Source of the DNA: Candidatus Bathyarchaeia archaeon
Lineage (GTDB): Archaea; Thermoproteota; Bathyarchaeia; 40CM-2-53-6
Assembly: GCA_050013255.1 (NCBI GenBank)
Contig: JBEKFP010000003.1
Coordinates: forward strand, 64,001 to 128,000
Direction: 5' to 3'
DNA length: 64,000 bases
Under the pieces are notes generated by a model, which saw only the letters and a program-made list of their open reading frames with translations, did no database searches and was not told where the DNA came from. Below, in pieces: positions 35,723 to 45,722 of the stretch. Position numbers and translations under genes: made by a program. Numbering within the stretch: position 1 is the first letter of the stretch; the number at the start of each line of letters is the position of its first letter.

Positions 35723-38320
35723 ATGAAGGTCAGGTCTGAATTGTCTAAGAGGAAGCTTCCGATTCTCCTAGCACTCGCGGTTTCCGTCATTATTTTGGTG
35801 TCGAGTTTAGTGCCTTCAACAGTCGCGACAGCCGGACAATGGCGGCTGCTGAACCCCACCGAGTATGTGCCGGTTCCCGGTCCGACATCAAATCTGAAGA
35901 GCGTGTTCATGATTAACGGTGGAACAAGCGGGAAAGGCAGCGGCAACGGTTGGGCCGTGGGTGAAGATGGGCTGATATTCTTCTGGGACGGATTTTCATG
36001 GAACCAAGCCACTCCACCTTCTTCGACATGCACCTATGATTCGGTCAATTTCGGAGGGCCACTGAACCCCATTTCGAACGGTGTACAGACAACCTCTGGA
36101 TGGACAGTCGGACTGTGCGGGACTGCCGCGACTTCACTCTACTGGAGCGGGGTTGGATGGCAAAGCTACCCAGTTCCCGCGTCGGGAGCATCTGAAGCGA
36201 GGTCCGTTTTCCTGATCAAGTCGGCATCATCGACCACCGACAACGTGATTGCGATTGCCGTAGGCAACGATGCAGGTTTTCCTGGCGGGGCGATCTGGAC
36301 TTGGAACGGAGTTCCAGGAAACGGCGGAGGCTGGGTTGAACTCCCTTCAGCGCCTACACCGAATAATCTCAACTCGGTATACATGACACAAGCTTACCTT
36401 TCGACCTGCGTCGGGCCCGGTGTTCAAGGAGTCGCCGTAGGTGACTTGGGGACTATACTCACAGATTGCGGGACTTGGAGTGCTGCTGCGACCCCCGTGG
36501 CCGCAAACCTGTACGGCGTCGCGATGTCTTCCTCGACGAGCGGCTGGGCCGTTGGAGCCTCCTGCACGATTATACGCACAACTAACGGTGTAACCTGGGC
36601 TCAGTATACGCCGATACCGTGCCTCGACCCCACCAAAACGTTAAGGTCCGTCGTACTGCTAAGCTCATCAGAAGGTTGGGCCGTAGGCGATTCAGACGCC
36701 AATGGTCATCCCGCTATACTTCACGGGACATCCCTAGATTCATCGCCTCAATGGACACAGGTTCCGGTCAATCAAGTAACCCCCACAGGACCGGTATCAG
36801 GTATAGGCCTCAATTCCATAACCTTCGCCACTTCGGGCGGAAACCTATGGGCGGTTGGTGCGTCGGGTGTTGCTGCTTTCTGCCAGAACAACTGCAGTTC
36901 AATGTCAAGCTCGATTTGGAGTACCACAACATCCCCATTGACGGGCGCCGCTACTCCCTATCAGCTGAATTCCGTATACATGGACAGTGACAGCGACGGA
37001 TGGGCCGTAGGCCAAGCCAATCCTTTGGGCGCGCCTGTCTTGATTCAGTGGAACGGATACAGCTGGACTCAAGCCGCTTCTGTGCTTCCTGTTGTTACAG
37101 CGCCTCTGTACGGCGTGGCCATGTCGGGCTCATCGAACGCGTGGGCAGTAGGTGGAACGAGTACGAACGTTCCATCAACCCTCTATTTCAACGGTAACAC
37201 ATGGACCGGAGTCGCCGCTCCAAGCTGCACCTGCATTCTCAAGTCTGCATTCATGATAAGCGGGTCCGAAACTTGGTCAGTTGGGACAAATGGAGTAATC
37301 ATGCACTCTACTACACAGGGTGGAACCTTCTCGTCTACCACCAGTCCTGTCCCGGCAGCAGCGACTCTGGATACTGTCTTCTTCACGGATTCGCAGAACG
37401 GCTGGGCCGGTGGAACATGTACCGCAGTTACAGCTAACTGCTTGGCTGTTGGTGATCCGATAATAATCCACACGGCGACCGATGGGGGCGATAACTGGGG
37501 CACGATTTTTACGGCCAGCCTCGGCCTACCCGTAACATCACCTACCTCCTATACTATTACATCGTTGTTCTTCCAAGACAACACCCACGGTTGGGCGACT
37601 GCGTCAAGCGGGTTCGCGAATCCCACCCTCATCCTTTTCTGGAACGGCGTTTCGTGGACTAAGGCTTCCCCAATAACGACGCATCCAAACGACGACTTGT
37701 TCGGTATCTCAGTGGAAGGAGGCACTCCTGCAACCGACGGTTGGGCAGTCGGACAGGATAGCGCCACAAGTATTCCGATGACGCTTCACTATGATGGTAC
37801 CTCGTGGACGGAGATGTCTCTGACCCCCGCCATTCCAAATCCGGCGGTGCCGTCCCCGAACGGTGGGCTACTTGCGCTCTATCTTAGGTCAAGCACTAAC
37901 GGTTTGGCCGTCGGCACGGGCTTTGGTGCTAATACGCTCGCAACAATTCTTCACCTCGACCCTCCGGGCTCATTCCAGAACACCGTTGTACAACAGACAA
38001 CTGTAACGAACATCGTCACGACAACTCCAAGTGCAACTTCAATTACGAGCAGCACATCGGTCACTTCAACGAGTTCATCAACGACGGCGAGTAGTTCATC
38101 AACGACGACGAGTACCTTACCACCGACTACGATAGTGAGCACATCGATGGCGACAGTCACGGTCGGGAACACACCCACAACTACGACTTCGCAGGCTACA
38201 AGTTCGGTTTCAACGCCTATGGCGCTGCCCCCAATCCCAGGCTTCCCACTGGAATCGATCCTTGCAGGCATACTCGTTGGCATCGCGGCCCTGACAATTC
38301 TCAGACGACGCAGAAAGTAG
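35723..38320 (+). CDS. Cell-surface double beta-propeller protein (14 repeats) + Ser/Thr stalk + IPGF sorting tail
   Basis: Paralogue of 32546-35368; PIPGFPLESI-TM-RRRRK. Confidence 0.82.
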   Translation: MKVRSELSKRKLPILLALAVSVIILVSSLVPSTVATAGQWRLLNPTEYVPVPGPTSNLKSVFMINGGTSGKGSGNGWAVGEDGLIFFWDGFSWNQATPPSSTCTYDSVNFGGPLNPISNGVQTTSGWTVGLCGTAATSLYWSGVGWQSYPVPASGASEARSVFLIKSASSTTDNVIAIAVGNDAGFPGGAIWTWNGVPGNGGGWVELPSAPTPNNLNSVYMTQAYLSTCVGPGVQGVAVGDLGTILTDCGTWSAAATPVAANLYGVAMSSSTSGWAVGASCTIIRTTNGVTWAQYTPIPCLDPTKTLRSVVLLSSSEGWAVGDSDANGHPAILHGTSLDSSPQWTQVPVNQVTPTGPVSGIGLNSITFATSGGNLWAVGASGVAAFCQNNCSSMSSSIWSTTTSPLTGAATPYQLNSVYMDSDSDGWAVGQANPLGAPVLIQWNGYSWTQAASVLPVVTAPLYGVAMSGSSNAWAVGGTSTNVPSTLYFNGNTWTGVAAPSCTCILKSAFMISGSETWSVGTNGVIMHSTTQGGTFSSTTSPVPAAATLDTVFFTDSQNGWAGGTCTAVTANCLAVGDPIIIHTATDGGDNWGTIFTASLGLPVTSPTSYTITSLFFQDNTHGWATASSGFANPTLILFWNGVSWTKASPITTHPNDDLFGISVEGGTPATDGWAVGQDSATSIPMTLHYDGTSWTEMSLTPAIPNPAVPSPNGGLLALYLRSSTNGLAVGTGFGANTLATILHLDPPGSFQNTVVQQTTVTNIVTTTPSATSITSSTSVTSTSSSTTASSSSTTTSTLPPTTIVSTSMATVTVGNTPTTTTSQATSSVSTPMALPPIPGFPLESILAGILVGIAALTILRRRRK

Positions 38321-38529
38321 GCCGCCGTGCTTCGTCTCAGGTTACAACCTGACACGCTCTTTGCGCCATCCCAACGATGCTCTCTATGGCTGAGACAATC
38401 AACGTTAGGCTTCAACTACGCAACAGACTGTTAAACCACCGCATCATGGCCACTGGAAAATGACATGGGTTTGAGGGTTTTTGCGGGTAGCTTTATCTTC
38501 CGAGCTTCCAACACGACTGTTGATTTCGG

Positions 38530-39081
38530 TTGAGGCTCAAATCACTAATCACAATGTGCATCGTTCTGGCGGCTTTAGTTGGTACGTTGAGTTTAACCGC
38601 CCCTGCCTCAGCTAACAGCCCGCAAGAGACAACCAGCATTAGTTTCACAATCACAACGACAACGAACTACCCAGTCCAAACGGGCGGCATGTTACAGGTG
38701 AATTTTAACTCGGTTCAAGTGGACACTGTTCCCCCGCAGGCCTACTCGTTCGGGGTTAACGCCAAGACTTCTCTAGGCTTGTGGATAACCAGGCTGCACT
38801 GGGAGTTTGGCGACGGTGCATTCCTGGATGTTCCATATTGTTGCCAGAGCCAGGTCAGCGAGGTACAGAACCACGCTTACTCTCAACCAGGCTCATACAC
38901 GGTAGTCGTAGTGGCTTATGATAACTCGGGGAACTTTGGCGACGCATTCGTCACCGTAAACTGGGTACAACCTGTCCCAGAGTACCAAACCCCCGGCCTA
39001 CCACTCTTAATGTCCGTGTTTGCAGTCCTCGTAGTCGCGACATATGCAAAGAGCAAACGCCCCGTCCGCAGGCCTGTCTAA
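38530..39081 (+). CDS. Secreted PKD-domain protein with PEF-CTERM-like tail
   Basis: WEFGDG, H.YSQPGSYTV, PVPEY-TM-KSKR. Confidence 0.78.
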   Translation: MRLKSLITMCIVLAALVGTLSLTAPASANSPQETTSISFTITTTTNYPVQTGGMLQVNFNSVQVDTVPPQAYSFGVNAKTSLGLWITRLHWEFGDGAFLDVPYCCQSQVSEVQNHAYSQPGSYTVVVVAYDNSGNFGDAFVTVNWVQPVPEYQTPGLPLLMSVFAVLVVATYAKSKRPVRRPV

Positions 39082-39220
39082 TTCACCAAGGGTTACCTTC
39101 CCTTGGCACCGTTTGGCACCACCCCTTGATGGGTGGATCCACCCTAGCCCATGCCAGCTTGGTGCAACAGAACCCTTTTTCCCAGCTTAAAAAGGCCTTA
39201 TATATTGAAGGTGGTTACGA

Positions 39221-39838
39221 GTGCCCAATTCCCCCCTATATAAGGTGACCAATCTGCCGGTCAAGAAGGCATTCATCAACGTCGAAAACGTCGTCGCCTC
39301 CGCGACCCTTCACCAGAATATCGACCTAAATTCAATCGTTCGCGTTTTCCCCGGCGTCGAATACCGACCCGAACAATTCCCCGGGCTCGTGTACAGGCTG
39401 AAGAAACCGAAAACGGCCACACTGATCTTCAGCTCGGGAAAGATGGTATGCACCGGTGCGAAGTCGGAGCGGCAAGCTAGGAAGGCTGTAATGAAAGTTG
39501 TCGATGAACTGAAGAGGAATGGCATCGTCATACTTGGCAAGCCGGAAATTATGATTCAGAATATTGTTGCGTCAGCCGGCCTCGGCGGAGCCATCGACCT
39601 GGAAAAGTCCACCTACTCGCTTAAACGCACGATGTACGAGCCAGAACAATTTCCAGGCCTAATCTACCGAATGGACGACCCGAAAGTCGTCATACTTCTA
39701 TTCGCGAGCGGAAAATTAGTCTGCACAGGGGCGAAGAAGGAAACAGAAGTTCACAGGGCCGTCAATAAGCTTCAAGAAACACTTGAGGAAAAAGTTCTCA
39801 TAGCATACGAAGCACCCGAGGCGACCCCCAAATCCTAA
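39221..39838 (+). CDS. tbp: TATA-box-binding protein
   Basis: Two repeats NVVAS/NIVAS, YRPEQFPGL/YEPEQFPGL, GK.VCTGAK; true start probably 39245 (GTG) or 39254 (CTG). Confidence 0.97.
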   Translation: MPNSPLYKVTNLPVKKAFINVENVVASATLHQNIDLNSIVRVFPGVEYRPEQFPGLVYRLKKPKTATLIFSSGKMVCTGAKSERQARKAVMKVVDELKRNGIVILGKPEIMIQNIVASAGLGGAIDLEKSTYSLKRTMYEPEQFPGLIYRMDDPKVVILLFASGKLVCTGAKKETEVHRAVNKLQETLEEKVLIAYEAPEATPKS

Positions 39839-39883
39839 GGGCGGAAGCGAAAATGAGCAAGGCCCGCCAGTAGCCTCTATTGA

Positions 39884-40153
39884 TTGGCAATGGCGGAGAA
39901 ACGAAAGATCGCGGCCTACATTCTGATTAAGATCGCTCCAGGCAAGTCGAGGAACATTACCGATCAGTTATCGAAGATCGAAGGCGTAAAGACAGCGCAC
40001 CCGGTCACGGGTATGTTCGATATCATCGCATACCTTGAAGCTGCCGACATCAACAACCTCACCGGAACCGTTAGGACACGCATACAAACATTAGGCGGCG
40101 TGCTTCGCACACACACTGCAATAGTGGGTGAACTCGTCACTACAGGTGACTGA
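39884..40153 (+). CDS. Stand-alone Lrp/AsnC ligand-binding domain protein
   Basis: AYILIK, VTGMFDIIAY, GVLRTHTAIV. Confidence 0.85.
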   Translation: MAMAEKRKIAAYILIKIAPGKSRNITDQLSKIEGVKTAHPVTGMFDIIAYLEAADINNLTGTVRTRIQTLGGVLRTHTAIVGELVTTGD

Positions 40154-40198
40154 GACCCAAACACGCTTTGTTTCTTGAGGTATTCGCGAAGCTATGCT

Positions 40199-40741
40199 CT
40201 ACTTGTGCTTCCTAGCAGATTTCGATTCGCTATATTCAACAAAGATGATTAACGCAATTAATAGAATTATGAGAGTAATCCCTAGAGGTCCGCGGAGTTC
40301 TAGGCTTATCAGCCCGATGTAAGGGATTTTCATTACGTACACTCCCATGAGGTTCTCAGCGGGCACCCTCCAGCCATCCTGAACGCCATTGTGGTCGCCC
40401 TTAGTTTCGAAGAAAAGTGAGCCTCCATCGTTGAGCACAGCAATAACGCGATGGACTATCGGCATGTCATATTCGTACGGGCTGTGGAAGATGATGATTG
40501 TTCCCACCGTCACGCTTTGTGGGTCTACGCCCCGAACAATGATGATGTCCCCAACGTTCAGTACGGGCACCATGCTTCCCGATGAGACGACCATTAACGG
40601 GGAATCTGTGTGAAGCGCTAAACGCATCACCTCAACCCCTCCATAGGTTGCCGCGAAAAGTATGGCGATGAGAATCAGGACGCGCACAGTAGGATTCTTG
40701 AATGCTCGGACGGCTTTTGAGAAAGGACTGTCCTTAGACAA
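40199..40741 (-). CDS. Signal peptidase I (archaeal Sec11 type)
   Basis: VVSSGSMVP, GD, PIVHRV, TKGDHN. Confidence 0.92.
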   Translation of the reverse strand: MSKDSPFSKAVRAFKNPTVRVLILIAILFAATYGGVEVMRLALHTDSPLMVVSSGSMVPVLNVGDIIIVRGVDPQSVTVGTIIIFHSPYEYDMPIVHRVIAVLNDGGSLFFETKGDHNGVQDGWRVPAENLMGVYVMKIPYIGLISLELRGPLGITLIILLIALIIFVEYSESKSARKHK

Positions 40742-40806
40742 GCTTAGGTCGCAACCTCGAAACCACCCATCATTGATATTACTTTCGCATTTCCTACGCG
40801 CCTGAG

Positions 40807-41151
40807 TCAGGGCTTTGAACCCGACGGCTGCCCTTGCATGAGTCGGGCAAGTTCAAGCGTGGCGCGCTCCCCCGCCTCTAAGAAACTGATTCCGCCTTCG
40901 GTGATTTTGTAGATGCGACGGCCGCGGCCCTTTTCCGATTCCCATTCTCCCTGAATGTAACCATCCTCTTCAAGTGAATGTAGCAACGGATAGAGTGTTC
41001 CCGCGCTCAGGTAGACTCGATACTTGTCTCGGATTGCAATATTTACTTCGTAACCCCATTGAGGCTTCGCGCGTAGGAGCCTAAGTATGATTAGGTCAAG
41101 GTTGTTCTTGACCACCCGCTCTCGCCAATCTTTCTCCATGTTTCTTATCAA
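40807..41151 (-). CDS. PadR family transcriptional regulator
   Basis: GYE, GTLYPLLHSLE..GYI, RRIYKITE.G. Confidence 0.9.
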   Translation of the reverse strand: MIRNMEKDWRERVVKNNLDLIILRLLRAKPQWGYEVNIAIRDKYRVYLSAGTLYPLLHSLEEDGYIQGEWESEKGRGRRIYKITEGGISFLEAGERATLELARLMQGQPSGSKP

Positions 41152-41281
41152 GCGTTAAGCCTCGCGACTTCTTGACATGCAAGCGATTAGTGGAATACGG
41201 TTACTCCCTTCATGCCCTGAATTATAAGTTCCCATTGGTTTCGGGCAATATGGCAGGAGGTCGGTCGGTGATGTTTACTGT

Positions 41282-41509
41282 TTATTCAACTATGTTGACT
41301 TGGCTTCCTTGACCGAGGCCAAGTGGCTGCTCTTCGAATTTCACTACGAGAAAGTCTGTCTCAATCCCGATGACTTTGCCTTTGAAATCCTTGGTCTTCG
41401 AGAATTGGAAGCTTGCATCGTGACCGATGAAACGGTCCAAGTCTGTCTCGGAGACTGTTATCCATGCCTTGTTTTCAGCGTCGTCAAATGTGATAACCAC
41501 GCCTATCAA
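41282..41509 (-). CDS. Acidic ribosomal protein L35Ae (eL33)-like small beta-barrel protein
   Basis: GVV...FIG...FKGKVIG...VKFE...G..G..V.IV aligns by eye with archaeal eL33, but has 13 D/E versus 7 K/R. Confidence 0.5.
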   Translation of the reverse strand: MIGVVITFDDAENKAWITVSETDLDRFIGHDASFQFSKTKDFKGKVIGIETDFLVVKFEEQPLGLGQGSQVNIVE

Positions 41510-41604
41510 TTTAGCCGACCTAGTTGGGTAGGTAACAGTTGTGAGTCTTGAAGTTTTCCAACAGACTCAGTCTAACTGCCGGCATGGCTTCGGTATTTAG
41601 CCCT

Positions 41605-42090
41605 CTACTCACCATTCCCTATTTCCTCCAGCCTTTGCCTTCGTCTTTCCTCAGCCTCCTTCCAGCGGCGTTTTTCCTCGTCCGTCTCGAGTTTCAAGAG
41701 GGGGACTTGGATGGGTCTATGAGACTTGTCGAGGGCGACGTAGGTGAGGAAACATGTGCCCGTGTGCCTAACTTCTCCTGTTATGGGATTTTCAGCTTCG
41801 ACGCGGACACCAATTTCCATCGAAGTTCTGTGAACGTAATTGATGGAACCGATTAGACGTAGCATGTCGCCGATGTAGACTGGGGAATAGAAGTCCATTC
41901 GGTCTATTGATGCAGTTACCACGTTGCTGCGGGCGTGCTTGAGGGCGACAATGGATGCTGCTTCATCAATCATCCTGAGTATGCTGCCGCCGAATACGTT
42001 TCCCGCTACATTCGCATCCATGGGCATCATTATTCGGACCATGGTGGTTGACGATTGACTTGGAGTCTTCGCGGTTTGAGCCATAATCAT
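41605..42090 (-). CDS. Acyl-CoA thioesterase (YciA hotdog family)
   Basis: P.DAN..GNVFGG..L..IDE, VVTASID, TSMEIGV, YVALD. Confidence 0.92.
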   Translation of the reverse strand: MIMAQTAKTPSQSSTTMVRIMMPMDANVAGNVFGGSILRMIDEAASIVALKHARSNVVTASIDRMDFYSPVYIGDMLRLIGSINYVHRTSMEIGVRVEAENPITGEVRHTGTCFLTYVALDKSHRPIQVPLLKLETDEEKRRWKEAEERRRQRLEEIGNGE

Positions 42091-42291
42091 TGACCGAATG
42101 TCAAGGGTAGTAATCTTATGGAATAACGGTTTCTCTGGTTGAATTCAGGGCCGTGGGTCGATTCGAGAGCCTTCACGAGTGGATCTACTCAAGAATTGGT
42201 TGTTTGGGCAGCCACACCTTTCACCTTAGTTTTGGTTTGGAAAGAATTAATATAGATAAGAGCCTAGGCCCGCCTTAGTTCACTTTGTACG

Positions 42292-43968
42292 GTGGTTAAT
42301 ATGGAGACAATTCAGGTAGAAAGGGCTGAGACTAAGCTAATCAGGGAAACCAGAAGCATCTGCCCTGATTGCAACAGGATTCTTGCCGCAAATGTCTTCG
42401 AACGTGAAGGCAAAATTTGGTTAGGCAAAACTTGTCCAGAACATGGCGAGATAGAGGAACTGTACTTCGGTTCCGCCGACATGTACTACAAGTTCTCTAA
42501 GTTCTCCCACAATGGTAAGGGTATCGAGAACCCGAACGTTCCCTTGGAGAAGTGTGCCTGCCCAACTAACTGCGGCCTTTGTACGAGTCACCTTAGCCAC
42601 TCAGGGCTAACGAACCTCGTAATCACCAACCGCTGCGACCTAACCTGTTGGTACTGTTTCTTCTACGCTAAGAAAGGAGTTGAGGGCGCATACGTCTATG
42701 AACCTACACAGGCAAAGATTCGTGAAATGGTTCAAGTCCTCCGCGCGGAGAGGCCTGTACCAGGCAATGCAATCCAAATCACAGGCGGAGAACCAACGCT
42801 ACGGGAAGACCTACCCGAAATCATCCGAATATGCAAGGAAGAAGGCGTTGAGCACATCCAGCTGAACAGTAACGCAATCAATATGGCGCAAGATTCCGGC
42901 TGCGCAAGGCGAGTCAGGGAAGCCGGAGTCAATACAGTTTACATGAGCTTCGACGGTGTCACCCCAAGAACGAACCCGAAGAACCATTGGGAAGCGCCGA
43001 TTGCAATTGAAAACTGCCGACAAGCAGGACTAGGAGTCGTCCTCGTCCCAACAGTCATCAAGAGCATAAATGACCATGAATTAGGGGGCCTCATCAGATT
43101 CGGCCAAAGAAACATGGACGTAATCCACGCAGTGAACTTCCAGCCAGTCTCGTTGACAGGTCGGCTCAGCAAGTCCGAGCGAGAGAAATACCGAATAACG
43201 ATCCCAGACTGCATCCAACGCATCGAAGAGCAGACGAACGGAGAGGTTCGAAGTGAAGACTGGTTCCCAGTCCCAAGTTGCGTTCCAATAACACACTTCG
43301 TCGAAGCCCTAACGAAACGCCCAAGATACGAGCTCTCAATCCACTTCGCCTGCGGAGCGGGCACCTACGTATTCAAAGAGGGCGACAAGCTAGTTCCGCT
43401 CTCATCGTTCGTTGACCTAGAAGGTCTCCTCGAATACTTGGATGAGAAGGCGGATGAGCTTAAGGCTGGCAAGAACAAATACCTAGTCGTTGCGAAAGTC
43501 CTCGCCAAGATGGGAACTTTCATCGACAGAAGCAAACAACCAAAGGGCCTAGCACTCAGCAAACTCCTCTTCAATGCACTAGTAAAGAACGACTACAGCT
43601 CCCTCGGAGCATTCCACCACAAATCCATGTTCCTAGGCATGATGCACTTCATGGACAAGTACAACCACGACGAAGAACGTCTCCGAAGATGCGACATACA
43701 CTACCTAAGCCCAGACATGAGAATCATCCCATTCTGCGCATTCAACGTAATTCCAGAATGGTACAGGGACGCGATACAGCCAAAGTACGGAATTCCAATC
43801 GAACAATGGGAGAAGGAACACAAGACAACCCTCGAACAAGGATTGTACAAGGGCACACTCAGAAAAGGTAAGGGACACGCAGCAGGCTGCGGATGCCCAC
43901 TCGGCGCGCTCAACACACCAAGCTCAGAACTACTCTCAATCGAGAACGGCATGATAAAGGGCAAGTAA
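42292..43968 (+). CDS. tes: Tetraether lipid synthase (GDGT macrocyclic archaeol synthase), radical SAM
   Basis: N-terminal SICPDC...CPEHG, CPTNCGLC..H, CDLTCWYC, HFACG, RCDIHY...IPFCAFN; matches the MJ0619/Tes architecture. Confidence 0.9.
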   Translation: MVNMETIQVERAETKLIRETRSICPDCNRILAANVFEREGKIWLGKTCPEHGEIEELYFGSADMYYKFSKFSHNGKGIENPNVPLEKCACPTNCGLCTSHLSHSGLTNLVITNRCDLTCWYCFFYAKKGVEGAYVYEPTQAKIREMVQVLRAERPVPGNAIQITGGEPTLREDLPEIIRICKEEGVEHIQLNSNAINMAQDSGCARRVREAGVNTVYMSFDGVTPRTNPKNHWEAPIAIENCRQAGLGVVLVPTVIKSINDHELGGLIRFGQRNMDVIHAVNFQPVSLTGRLSKSEREKYRITIPDCIQRIEEQTNGEVRSEDWFPVPSCVPITHFVEALTKRPRYELSIHFACGAGTYVFKEGDKLVPLSSFVDLEGLLEYLDEKADELKAGKNKYLVVAKVLAKMGTFIDRSKQPKGLALSKLLFNALVKNDYSSLGAFHHKSMFLGMMHFMDKYNHDEERLRRCDIHYLSPDMRIIPFCAFNVIPEWYRDAIQPKYGIPIEQWEKEHKTTLEQGLYKGTLRKGKGHAAGCGCPLGALNTPSSELLSIENGMIKGK

Positions 43969-44138
43969 GCAAGCCATAACACGGCTTCGCCCTTCACCCT
44001 TTTTTCCTTCCACCTCCAAAGTTACTGTAGACTCTGCGTCGGATTTGCTTGAAGAAAATCCGACGGTCTGTAAACCTGAACGTTTTTGTGTTGAACCAAT
44101 TCTTAGTTCAGATAGCATTTCGGTGAGGCGGCTCTAGA

Positions 44139-45596
44139 ATGGAACCCGATTATGATGTCATAATCGCCGGGGCTGGAATTGCAGGAATGATTACCGCAGC
44201 ATCTGCTGCAAAGCACTCTAATCAGAATCTTAGGATTTTGGTTGTTGACCGAAACCCTAGGTCTCAAGCAGGAATGAAAACCGCGACTGGTTGGGTTTGC
44301 GGAGACGCAGTCAGCAAGAACAGCGTAGACTATCTGGCCTCAGAGGTAGGGATACACTATGGCAAACCTGAACTTGAGCGACCCGTTCACGGCGTAGTTG
44401 CATATTCCCCGGACCACGAATCAAAGGCCATGTTCGACGGGGAGGGTTTCGTCTTAAACCGCAAACTCCTGCCTCAAAGGCAGTTGAACGACGCGGAGAA
44501 ACTTGGCGTAGAATTCTTGTTCGAGGCCTATGCTGACGCACTCGTCCATGAGGGCGGTTTCATCAAGGGCATTCATTGTAGGTCGTCGAAGGATAACTCC
44601 AGTTTCAAGAAGACTGCGAAGCTAATCGTAGACGCCACGGGATCAGCCTCGCGGCTTCGAACAAGCCTTCCAATAGACAGCCACATCGAGAAAGAGATCG
44701 ACAAGGAAAACGACCTGGAATCAACGGGACGATACATTCTCAGGTTTGACGTTGCCAAGAAGGACGGAACGTTCTTCGACCCTGATTATTGTATCATTCA
44801 CTTGGACCGGGAGATCGCGCCAGGCGGGTATGCTTGGGTGTTTCCGAAGGGCGAGGACAAGGTGAACATCGGCCTCGGTGTCCAGAAGAGACTGCTTGAA
44901 CAACGAAATAGACAATTGGGGCGAAACGATACCTTACAGTCCTTAATCGATGAGTACGTGCGCACGAATCCAGTCATTAAGAATTGGAAGCTTGCGGACG
45001 GTTCGGAGGATATTGGAAACGAGAAAGGGAGCTGGCAGGTGCCTGTCCGAAGACAGAACGATTGCATGGTCGCAAACGGGTACATGATTGTGGGCGATGC
45101 CGCCTGGATGGCACGACCAATCGACGCGGGCGGAATTGGACCCGCGATATATGCTAGCACCATAGCTGGCAAAGTGGTTGCTGAAGCATTGCAAACGAAC
45201 GATACTTCTGAGCGGGGGCTCTGGAAGTTCAATACGGAATATGTACGCACATACGGCTACAGAATGGCCAGCTTCGAAATCCTGAGGCGTTTCCTGCAGA
45301 TACTGAGCAATGATGACCTAAACTATGGAATGAAACATTTCCTCGGACAAGATGATGTAGACAGCATCACCCGAAGAGAGCATCCAGAATTCAAACACGT
45401 CGGCTTTGCCAGTCCCGCAAGAATTCTCTGGGCTCTCCCACGCCTCGCGTTGGCGAGAGGTCTGCGCTACACGGCTGAAAAAAGCAGGAAACTTATTCAA
45501 CACTACATGGACTACCCGACCTCTCCGGATGGGTTCCCTGAATGGCATAACCGGTTCACCGAGGAACTGCATGAGGCGTACACGCGATTCTCCTAA
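44139..45596 (+). CDS. Geranylgeranyl reductase family (digeranylgeranylglycerophospholipid reductase-like)
   Basis: GAGIAG, CGD, DATG, PGGYAWVFPKG, NIGLG, VGDAA..P..AGGI. Confidence 0.85.
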   Translation: MEPDYDVIIAGAGIAGMITAASAAKHSNQNLRILVVDRNPRSQAGMKTATGWVCGDAVSKNSVDYLASEVGIHYGKPELERPVHGVVAYSPDHESKAMFDGEGFVLNRKLLPQRQLNDAEKLGVEFLFEAYADALVHEGGFIKGIHCRSSKDNSSFKKTAKLIVDATGSASRLRTSLPIDSHIEKEIDKENDLESTGRYILRFDVAKKDGTFFDPDYCIIHLDREIAPGGYAWVFPKGEDKVNIGLGVQKRLLEQRNRQLGRNDTLQSLIDEYVRTNPVIKNWKLADGSEDIGNEKGSWQVPVRRQNDCMVANGYMIVGDAAWMARPIDAGGIGPAIYASTIAGKVVAEALQTNDTSERGLWKFNTEYVRTYGYRMASFEILRRFLQILSNDDLNYGMKHFLGQDDVDSITRREHPEFKHVGFASPARILWALPRLALARGLRYTAEKSRKLIQHYMDYPTSPDGFPEWHNRFTEELHEAYTRFS

Positions 45597-45722
45597 AGTA
45601 GATAATGCCTACTCGTTCGCGTGCTAAACGCCGAGGCGAGCCTCTCCCAATGAAAACACGCATCAAATTCAAATAGGGCCAAGAATGCACCAGAAAGAGA
45701 CAGCAAAGGGCACTGAGCTGAA

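Noticed and set aside
38040-38220. Short nucleotide repeats (GAGTTCATCAACGACG/TAGTTCATCAACGACG) as a CRISPR or repeat array
   Set aside because: They encode the Ser/Thr stalk. No CRISPR array was seen anywhere in the window.
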